Positions 54,860 through 64,000 of a DNA stretch of 64,000 nt are shown piece after piece. The translations under genes and the position numbers were made by a program. The notes beneath the pieces were generated by a model. It was not told the origin of the DNA. It made no database searches and was given only the letters and a program-made list of their open reading frames with translations. Within the stretch, counting starts at the first letter, position 1, and every line of letters starts with the position of its first letter. Location of the stretch: the NCBI GenBank assembly GCA_034780895.1, contig JAUZTB010000087.1, positions 26,340,062 to 26,404,061 on the forward strand, given 5' to 3'. This DNA comes from Rhynchobatus australiae (lineage: Eukaryota).

Positions 54860-55500
54860 AAGATATAGGAAGAGGAGTGTAAGCCACGGGACCCACCAGC
54901 TCACCCTGCCATTCCATATCAAGGTTGACCTGATCTTGGCTTTGACTCGCATTTCCCTCCCGAAGTTCATAATCATTGACTCCCTGACAGTACAAAAATC
55001 TTTCTCAACCTCAGATAGATTCAATGATTCAGCCAACACAGCTCTCTTTGGGAGAAAATTCCAAAGATTCAAGATACTCAAGGAAAAAAATTCATCCTCA
55101 ATTTTAAATGGGAGAGCACTTGTTCTCAGGCTTTGGTGCCTTTGTTCTATATTCCCCATGTAGGGGAAAACAAGTCCACAGAATCTACCCTGTCAAGCCC
55201 TTTGAGAATTACACATGCTGATCATCTCTCACACTTCTGAATTTCAGAGAGCATAGGCCTAACTACACAGTTGTGCAAGATAATCCCCTTCATTGCAGGA
55301 ATCAACCAAGTGAATCTTCTCTATCCTCTTAAAATAGGGAGACAAAAACTATCAGAGCATTCCAGCTGCGGTTTCACTAATCGTACAGCTGCAGCAAGAT
55401 TTCCCTACTATTGCACCCCAGCCCTCTTTCAGTAAAGGTCAACATTCTATTTACCTTCCTAATTACTTGCTCTATCTCCAGGTTAGTTTCTTTCCCAAAT
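54860..55500 (-). mobile_element. CR1 LINE 3' fragment
   Basis: ORF 54854-55159 (FFSLSILNLWNFLPKRAV.AESLN) and the reverse CR1 tail. Confidence 0.7.
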
Positions 55501-56027
55501 AGGGCAATGACATTTTCAGTTTTCCCATATACTGAGATTTTTCCACAATCTAGGGAATTTTAGAAATTCACAGCCAATGGATCCATTATTTCTGCAGCTA
55601 TTTAGTTTAAGAAACTAGGATTCACTCCAAGGGACTTGTAAAATTAATTTGTCTGGTACTTTATCCTCAAGTGATGATAGTTTTATTTGCCTTCCCCTCC
55701 CTCCTGCCTGTCGTTTTATTAAGCACTGATATTAAAATAGGTAAATTTTCAAACTAAAGCTGCCATACACATATTACAAAACCTTCAAATTGATCCTCTT
55801 CAATGAAATACCTCACCTGTACAACTGATATAGAAATAGCTACCAATAGCAAGTCATTGAAATTTAAATTTCCCTACAGCAACCGAATCACAATAACTTG
55901 TATACCCATGAATACTACAAATGTCTACGATCAGCATATTGCAAGTGAATAAAAAAAATTACTAATGATCTTTGGTGAGCCTGTCATATAAATGAGTACA
56001 GAACTGACTGCCAATCCATGCACTTAC

Positions 56028-56137
56028 CTGTTCTGGTAGGGATCCCCTGCAGCACTGTAGTCATAAGTTTGCCCTTGGTCATCAATGCTATAACTTGATT
56101 GGAAGAAATCTGTGTTGAAATTATTAAACTCAGCCAT
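56028..56137 (-). CDS. YIPF5: YIPF5 coding exon 1 (110 nt of CDS; exon begins at 56149)
   Basis: Acceptor ttgttttacag|TAAATATTTACA ATG; [36 protein letters not shown](R); donor AG|gtaagt. The five exons sum to 762 nt, or 253 aa plus stop. Confidence 0.93.
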
Positions 56138-56189
56138 TGTAAATATTTACTGTAAAACAAAAAAGGAAAAAAAAATCTTAAAATATCTT

Positions 56190-56356
56190 GGAGACGCAAA
56201 CTGCAGATGCTGAAAATCTGAAGCAACACACAAAATGCTGGAGGAATTCAGCTGGTCAGATCTTGACGAAGGGTCCTGGCCTGAAATGTCGACTGTTCAT
56301 TTCCCTCCATAGATGCTGCCTGACCTGCTGAGTTCCTCCAGCACTTTGTGTGTTGT
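56190..56356. mobile_element. Short Penelope-derived insertion with 14-bp target-site duplication
   Basis: Flanked by tcttaaaatatctt at 56176-56189 and 56357-56370; inverted arms and a hammerhead-like core (tgacgaagggtcctggcctgaaatgtcgactg). Confidence 0.75.
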
Positions 56357-56569
56357 TCTTAAAATATCTTACAACTCCTAGGAAGTTCTGAATTATGAAT
56401 AAAAAAAATGATAGAATATTTTTGATCATTCAAAACTGAGAAATATCTTGTCCTGGATGATTAAAATAAAACTTCGCTAAACTACATGAACTTATAAAAC
56501 AATAGTTGCACACTGCTTCAGTTAATACATTGGAGATGGTTTAGCAAATTTTTTTTCCAATTCATTTTC

Positions 56570-58200
56570 TAGGATCTGGGCATCACTGGCAAGAGCAGCA
56601 TTTACTGCCCATCCCTAATCCCCTTCAAGTGATGGTAAGCTGTCTTCTTGAACTGCTACAATCCTTCTAACAAAGGTTTTCATACAATGCTGTACATTCC
56701 AGGGTTTGGACCCAGCAACAGGTGATGTGCACCATCCTGACTTTTAAATATATCATCTCAACCTGGAGGGGGACTTGCAGGTGACAGTATTCCTACAAGA
56801 TCCTGTTCTTGATAGTAGTACATGTTTGAATGATGCTGTCAGGATGGCCTGGGTGAGTGGTTGCAATGCATTTTGTAGATGTAAACAGTAAAGCCCCTTT
56901 GCAATGGTGTGAAGGGATTGAATGCTTACGGTGGTGAATGGGGTAGTCCAATCAAGCAGGCTGCTTTGGCTTGGATGAGCCAAAGAAGAGTATTCCATGA
57001 TATTCCTAATATGCACCTTGTAGATGACTTTGAGGTGTCAGAAAATGAGTCATTGACCACAATATACTGAGCCACTGACCTAATTTTGTAGCCACAGTAT
57101 TTGTGCCCAGTTTATTTTATGGTCAATGATGGCCTCCAAGACATTGAAGATGGGTGACTCAATGATAGTAATGACATTAAATGTTAAGGGTAGATGGGTT
57201 GACCTCTCTCTCTTGTGGCAGATGATAATATATTAGAACTTTTCTGACACAAACATTACCTACCACTTACCAGCCCAGGCCTGAATGTTGTATATGTCTT
57301 GCTGCATGCAAGTATGGCCTGTTTCATTGGATGAGAAGTTGGGAGAGGAACTAAATATTTGTGTGATCAACAAATCTTCCCACTTATGATTGAGTGAAGA
57401 TAATTGATGAAGCAATTGAAGATGGTCAGGCCTAGGGCAGTGTTTGAGGAAATGCTGCAGTGATATCCTGGCACTAGGATGATTAAGCTCCAATAACCAA
57501 GACTACCTTCCTTTCTGCAAGCTATGACTTCAACCACCAGAGTGTTTTCCCTTTGATGTCCATTGATTTCAGTTTTACCAGAACTCCCTGATGCCATGCT
57601 AGGTCAAATGCTGCCTCAAAATCAAGGGCACTGAATTTCACCCCACCTTTAGGACTCAGCTCCGTGGTCCATGTTTGGACCAAGGTCATGATGAACTCCC
57701 AAGCCAAGTGATCCTAGCAGAACCCAAATGAGCCATCAGTGAACAAGTTACTGGTGTGTAGGTGCCACTTGGTATGAATGTCAACAACATTTTCCATCCT
57801 TCTGCTGATAATTGGATAATATTTAGCAAATTTGGATTTGTCATTTTTGTGAATAGGATATGCGTGGGCAATTTTACACATTGTCAGGTAGATGCCAGTA
57901 TTGTAACTGTTCTGGAACAGCAGTTAGTTATGGAATACAAGTATTCAGTACTACAGCTGGGATGTTGTCTGGTCACATAGCCTTTGCTGCATCCAATTCT
58001 CTCAGCCATTTCTTGACAATCACAGAGTGAATCAAGTTGGTTGGAGACCGACTTCAGACGGTGGGTTTCTCAGAAGGAAGCCAAGATGGATCATCTCCTC
58101 AGTGCTTCAGGCTCAAACTGGTTTTGAATGCTTCAACTTCATTTTTAACATTAACATGTTGGACAACACCATCATTGAAGATGAGAACCTTCTGTCACCC
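56570..58200 (-). mobile_element. CR1/L2-group LINE RT fragment in YIPF5 intron 1
   Basis: ORF 57522-57707 TLVQTWTTEL..ALDFEAAFDLAWHQGVLVKLKSMDIKGKTLWWLKS (RT domain) and QQDIYNIQAWAGKW. Confidence 0.8.
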
Positions 58201-59404
58201 ATATTTTATCTGTAAACTATTATGACAACAGCATACCTGCATCAAGCCTAACATAGTTAACAGTTTAGTTTCAAGTTCAATGTAAGTCTGAAATTAAAAT
58301 TAAGGAATCAAAATGGGATTTTAACTTCCAGAAATGAACAAATCTATAAGGAAAACAATGGAATTAATTACATCAAATTACACCTGAAATGAATGGAAGC
58401 GAGGTAAATAATTCTGACTTGCAGTTAATTTCCACTAAGGTGTTACAGTTACAGAGATAATTTAATACTGACAGCACCCAATCACAACTTGCACTCCATC
58501 TGCTATCAGTTGTGAAATGGAAAAGGTTTCAAAATAGAAATACAGGACATGACCACAATTTTGCTCGAAATGAAGTAATATTTTAAACCATCTGGAGCAT
58601 GGCCTGTCATGAATTTGAGAAATATAATGCATTTAAAAATAAACATCTTCAAATCCTAGTGAACACTTGCATTGGCAGTCTTCCTAGTCTAAACGTGCGT
58701 ACAAGCTTGGACTTTTACAGATGAAAAGCTCCAGTGAACATTGCAAGGACATATGTCCAGATTCAGGGGACCAGCTGGAGCGTAGGAGATGGATGGATGG
58801 AACGAGGGGGGAGATGGGACAAAGGGGTAGGGTGGTGGATGGAGAAGGGGTGGTGCTGGNNNNNNNNNNNNNNNNNNNNNNNNNNNNNNNNNNNNNNNNN
58901 NNNNNNNNNNNNNNNNNNNNNNNNNNNNNNNNNNNNNNNNNNNNNNNNNNNNNNNNNNNNNNNNNNNNNNNNNNNNNNNNNNNNNNNNNNNNNNNNNNNN
59001 NNNNNNNNNNNNNNNNNNNNNNNNNNNNNNNNNNNNNNNNNNNNNNNNNNNNNNNNNNNNNNNNNNNNNNNNNNNNNNNNNNNNNNNNNNNNNNNNNNNN
59101 NNNNNNNNNNNNNNNNNNNNNNNNNNNNNNNNNNNNNNNNNNNNNNNNNNNNNNNNNNNNNNNNNNNNNNNNNNNNNNNNNNNNNNNNNNNNNNNNNNNN
59201 NNNNNNNNNNNNNNNNNNNNNNNNNNNNNNNNNNNNNNNNNNNNNNNNNNNNNNNNNNNNNNNNNNNNNNNNNNNNNNNNNNNNNNNNNNNNNNNNNNNN
59301 NNNNNNNNNNNNNNNNNNNNNNNNNNNNNNNNNNNNNNNNNNNNNNNNNNNNNNNNNNNNNNNNNNNNNNNNNNNNNNNNNNNNNNNNNNNNNNNNNNNN
59401 NNNN

Positions 59405-60020
59405 GGGGGGGGGGTGGGGGCGGGGTAGGAGGGTAGGGGGACGCCCCGCCGGCTGGGCTGGAGTGGACACCAGCGACGTGGACCCCACAGGCCCGATGAT
59501 AGAACAGGGGAGCAACGGCTGCTACCAGCAGCTGCCGAGCGGGGCGGTGGCGCTGTCCTACCTGGTCCGGTCTGGGCCGGGTCCGGGTCTTGGGTTTGGG
59601 CTCCGGACCCTCGCACTTCGTCCAACTGACACAAAGCACCGGAGCTGACAGGAAGCCGGCCGAATGCTGCCACCAGGGCTACCACATCACTTCCGCCCAC
59701 ATGAGCCTGCGCACAGCAGGTCGCCGCCAGCAGCGGCGTCATCGGCCCGTGGTTGTTGGGTCCCAGCTGCGTTCGGCAGAGTTAACGGATGACTGAAGTT
59801 TGGGAGATGGCGGCGGTGGAGGGGGGAGGGAATGGGGAGAAGAAATTCTTGGCCACAACATGATTTGACGTGCAGATTCAGAAGTCCTCTCGGCGAACTT
59901 TAAAATGACGGGGGCGAGCACGCATGCGCCGGAGCCCTGGGCTGCCGGCAGGAGGGACGGCACTGTGGGCGTGGCGGAAGTGATGTGGCTGGGCGCGGCT
60001 CGCCTGGGCTGCAGGTTCCC
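59405..60020. promoter_or_regulatory. CpG-island promoter of YIPF5
   Basis: GC/CpG-rich. ETS sites CACTTCCG (59688) and CGGAAGTG (59975), YY1-like AGATGGCGGC (59805), TGACGTG (59866), NRF1-like CGCATGCGC (59921). Confidence 0.8.
59562..59700 (-). other. YIPF5: Predicted non-coding exon 1 of YIPF5 (5' end approximate)
   Basis: Donor CCGGACCAG|GTAGGA at 59562/59561 inside the CpG island; the next exon has an acceptor 12 nt before the ATG, so an upstream UTR exon is required. Confidence 0.6.
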
Positions 60021-60214
60021 ATCGACTGAAGCTGGGTAAAGGGTGTTTCACTACATATTCATGTTTATAGTAAATGTCCCTATCATCAGTACCTTTTCAT
60101 TGTAGTGAAACTGGCCTTTGACAGGACGAACCACTCATGGCTTGCCCCTCTCACTTGGGAACTGAGGTCATGGGAGTCACGTCACTGAAGGTTAATGCTG
60201 ACCCTTTCCCTGTC

Positions 60215-60350
60215 TTCAGCCCTGAAGAAGGGTCCTGACCCAAAACGTTGATAGCCTGCTTTTCTCCACGGATACTGCTTGGCCTGCTGAGTTCCTCCAG
60301 CATCATTGTGTTTTTTATCCAGTTTCCAGCAACTGCAGTCCCTTGTTTCT
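60215..60350 (+). mobile_element. Penelope-like terminal fragment with degenerate hammerhead
   Basis: cCTGAAGAaGGGTCctGACCCaaaacgttga...tactgcttggcctgctgagttcctccagcatc...ccagcaactgcagtc. Confidence 0.6.
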
Positions 60351-60369
60351 CTTGGAGCGAGGTTGTTGG

Positions 60370-61340
60370 GTATCTTGCTGAAGGTCAGCAGTTGGCATCT
60401 GATTCGAGATGCTGAGTGTTCTGTCCAAACCACCTAGCAGAACGCTTCATTGCCAGAACTCACCAACAAGCACCAAGACTTCACTTGGCTGGTGGTTAGA
60501 GTGGCCCCCACTGTCAGACCCTTGCTGTATTGTGGAATCCTCATTGGTGGTGAGAGGAGCCCCACTGTCGGATCCTTCCTATACAGTGGGATCCTCGCTG
60601 GTGGTGAGCGGGGCCCCACCATTAGATCCTTGCTGTGTGGTGGGACCCTCACTGATGGTGAGAGACCCCACTGTTGGATCTTTCCTGTACGGTGGGATCC
60701 TCTCTGACAGTGAGAGGGGCACCACTGTTGGATCCTATTTTTAGGGTGGGACCCTCACTTCTAATGCATAGTGCCCTGGGGACAGCCGAGATGAGGAGGA
60801 GACCATCGCCCACTTCTTTGCAGACTCTGCATTTGCTGAGAGAGGGATGCAAGATGCCTCATCGTGGTTCATCCCATATAGTTGTGTAACAAAGGACTCT
60901 AAGGCTGTTCCCAGGGAGCCACATACAGACAGACATAAAGTGCTGCTGGAAGATCATGCACTTGTTGGTCTTCCAGTACAACGAGATGTCCATAAGGAAT
61001 GCTGCTCTCTGGCACACAGCAGGGTGCAGGAGCCCTGTTGAGGGACACAATGAAGCTCCGTGCAGCTAACGCAAAACAAAATCATGGGGACTGACTGCAG
61101 GGCAGGGCCTTTCTGCCACTAGACTGTGAGGGGCTAGGTGCAGGGTAGAAGCCCCTCAAACACCTGAAATGTACATGTTCCCAGGAGGTCACATGAGTGG
61201 CAATGGTGCTATGTACACAATGTGTGAACACCACTAATGTTTAGAACTGTTAACACTGAATGTACGGACTGAAAGGTGCTGGGATATAAAGAGTTATGCA
61301 CTTTTTTGTACTTGTTTATATTTTTTTTACTATGAATAAA
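60370..61340 (+). mobile_element. Tx1-type LINE 3' fragment with an internal ~54-bp tandem expansion
   Basis: PELTNKHQDFTWLVVR, CP....EETIAHFFADSAFA (zf-RVT), LFPGSH.QTDIKCCWKI, and the 3' end tatgaataaagtttatttttgaaataaaaa. Confidence 0.75.
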
Positions 61341-62212
61341 GTTTATTTTTGAAATAAAAAATGTTCTTGGCCAGCTTAAGCTTCGCAATATAGAATCTAA
61401 AAGCCAGGCACCTAAATAAAAACAGACAATGCTGCAAATACTCAGCAGTTTAGGCATCATTTGTGGAGATTTCTAACCACATTTCCCTATGTGCTGCCTG
61501 ATCTATTCAGTATTTCCCCTAGTTTTTGTTTTCTTTCCTTTGCAATCAGCAAATGGCAGACATTATTGTAAATAATCATGACAATCAGTGCCATTGAATG
61601 CATCTAGGGTCTCTTAAAGTTATGTAAAGACTGACAGTGTGAATTGTACCTTTATTCTGGCTGTAATATGCTATTATGGGAAAAAATGAGAAAATGCTGT
61701 GACATTCCAGAGCAAAACTGGAAATAAAATTCTAAATTATCACCATATTTTTACATCAACATACACCTTGAAGAAGCAGGCTTCAAACTTTGTGCCTCTT
61801 GCTTGCTGATGGGATAATTTGGGTTACCATTTTTTCATACCACATTCAGTCAAGGTGATTATTGTTTGTCTTTTCACATCTTATATCGCTCAATTTTTCT
61901 CAGAATTTCAGTAGAGGATTGACTTTTGGATTTTTTGTTAAGTTTTTCCATTGCCTCTTCTCGTGCCCTCTCACAGTCAGCTCTGAACATTTTTCAAAGT
62001 TTGCTGCTATCAATAGCCAAATCGCTAACGTAAACATTGGGAGTGATGTCCAGGTACTTTCAATCCTAATGCTAATCTTGCCATTGCCACATTGCATTCT
62101 GCTGATGATGATAGAAATGGCACTGAAAATTGGTTGAGTGAAAGGAACTGGAAGAGAACCTTAAAGATAGCTTTCAACTTCCATCGTCAGTCTGATTAAA
62201 ATGCTATTGATC

Positions 62213-62785
62213 TTGGTTTATTATTGTCACTTGTACTGAGGCGCAGTGAAAAACCTGTCTTGGATACTGATCGTACAGGTCAATTTATTTCACNNNNNNN
62301 NNNNNNNNNNNNNNNNNNNNNNNNNNNNNNNNNNNNNNNNNNNNNNNNNNNNNNNNNNNNNNNNNNNNNNNNNNNNNNNNNNNNNNNNNNNNNNNNNNNN
62401 NNNNNNNNNNNNNNNNNNNNNNNNNNNNNNNNNNNNNNNNNNNNNNNNNNNNNNNNNNNNNNNNNNNNNNNNNNNNNNNNNNNNNNNNNNNNNNNNNNNN
62501 NNNNNNNNNNNNNNNNNNNNNNNNNNNNNNNNNNNNNNNNNNNNNNNNNNNNNNNNNNNNNNNNNNNNNNNNNNNNNNNNNNNNNNNNNNNNNNNNNNNN
62601 NNNNNNNNNNNNNNNNNNNNNNNNNNNNNNNNNNNNNNNNNNNNNNNNNNNNNNNNNNNNNNNNNCTGGTGAGCTTTCATGGCTGTGGCATCTCTGTGAC
62701 TTGACCAGGACAGGCTATTGGTGATGTTCACTCCTAGGAACTTGAAGCTTTCAACCCTCTCAACCGCAGCACCATCGATGTACCG
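62213..62785 (-). mobile_element. Rex1/Babar LINE fragment spanning a gap
   Basis: YIDGAAVERVESFKFLGVNITNSLSWSSH.DAT.MKAHQ, plus the 3' tail (ttggtttattattgtcacttgtactgagg). Confidence 0.8.
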
Positions 62786-62857
62786 TTTTAATGGCTGACA
62801 AAGGGAAAATGGCAAAGCGAGAGGCTGTTTTTGGAGTGACATGATGAAGCAGCACTG

Positions 62858-63050
62858 TGGCACAGCACTGAGTGTTATCGCCTTGCAGCTCTAGCAACCT
62901 GGGTTTGATCCTGACCTTGGGTGTTGTCTGTGTGGAGTTTGCGTGTTCTCCCTGTGATTATGGATTTCCCCCAGGTGGTCCGATTTCCTCCCACATCCCA
63001 AAGATGTGCTGATGGATTAATTGGCTACTGTAAATTGCCCCTTATTGTAG
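62858..63050 (+). mobile_element. V-SINE
   Basis: tRNA-like head, B-box-like gggtttgatcc, V-domain tctgtgtggagtttgcgtgttctccc...ttcctcccacatcccaaaga, and ggctactgtaaattgcccc. Confidence 0.75.
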
Positions 63051-64000
63051 TAAGTGCAAAAGAATCAAATAGAACTTGATGGACTTATGAAAGCAAATAA
63101 GTTGCCAAGGTACGGGAAAATAAGCAGAGAGGGAATGGCATTGAAGGGATCGCTCAGCTGGGAGCTGGCATGGAACTGATGGGCTGAATAGCTCCTGCTG
63201 TGTCAAAATAAATAAGTAAGTAATTGGAAGGTGAGTCTGCAGTAGCCATTTGTCTGTTAGAGTTAAAAGGTCAAAATGGCTCAGATGTTCATGGTAACAA
63301 TTTGTATTTCTCAGGGAGTGAAGGTTTTTGGCTTTATGGGGTCAGAAAAAAATTGACAAAAGTATGGGGAACATGGCTTTAGTTTTAACATGGCTGGGGC
63401 TGGATGGTCACAACCCTGGGTCATAACATGTGTATGCAATTAACAAGCCTCAGAAAATTTATTGCATTATGAGGAAACCGCATTATTTACACAATCTAAG
63501 CACAATTAATTGACTACAGTACTAATTACTGACATATAAATTGTAATAATCTTTGGTCGAGAATGAGGATAAGAGGAGTTATGCTACAGATGTACAAAGT
63601 CCAGGTGAAACTATACCTAAAGTACTGTGAGCTGTTCTAAGCATCACAGCTTAAGACTTAGAAGAAGTGATTTATAAATACACAAGCATAATATCTGGTC
63701 TCATAGTATTAAATTATGAAGAGAGACTACAGAAATAGGGTTTGTATTCTCTGGAGGTTAAAAGTTTAAGCAAAAGTTTGCAAGATATTGATGGAAACCA
63801 GAAGAGTAGACAGAGAGAAATGATTTCCATCAGTTGAAGAGCTTAATACTATGGTTGTGCTTTGACATCTACTTTAGACAAACCATTTGCAGTTCAAGTT
63901 CTTGCCACCCTATCTGAGCTGTAACGAATACCATTTGCATCACTGTGTTTGTCTCATTAGAGACATTCACTTTGCTCTCTCCACCCCTCTGCAATTTTAA

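Noticed and set aside
58684-59742. Long ORFs of 235-352 aa; similar ones at 37451-38031 and 62224-62863
   Set aside because: Their length comes from translating N runs.
62858-62930. tRNA-like A/B boxes
   Set aside because: Head of a V-SINE, not a tRNA gene; no cloverleaf, and it is followed by the SINE body.

Overview
Vertebrate genomic DNA, very probably from a cartilaginous fish (ray/batoid-like repeat landscape: CR1, L2, Tx1, RTE and Rex1 LINEs, V-SINEs, DeuSINE, Penelope-derived elements, Harbinger fossils). The draft assembly has many 10-N and 100-N gaps. Two protein-coding genes lie on the minus strand. (1) A complete YIPF5: non-coding exon 1 in a CpG island at ~59.5-60.0 kb, five coding exons at 56137-48155 (762 nt, 253 aa, all GT-AG and in phase), and a polyA signal near 47310. 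(2) The large first coding exon of KCTD16 (21093-20265; BTB/T1 + H1 domains of a GABA-B auxiliary subunit). Its H2 exon was not seen and probably lies left of the window, so 1-20264 is probably KCTD16 intron. Most notable observations: an intact orphan ankyrin-repeat exon resembling ANKLE1 (8526-8374) inside that intron and on the same strand; a 208-codon read-through of the KCTD16 frame into an intronic tandem repeat; a mirror-symmetric YIPF5 promoter with a perfect 16-bp inverted ETS/CRE-like motif, although KCTD16 is in tandem rather than head-to-head as in human; decayed minimal hammerhead ribozymes in short Penelope-derived hairpin elements, one with a 14-bp TSD next to a YIPF5 splice acceptor; and several near-perfect hairpins. 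Homology calls rest on my recall of protein and repeat families, not on database searches. Repeat boundaries are approximate.
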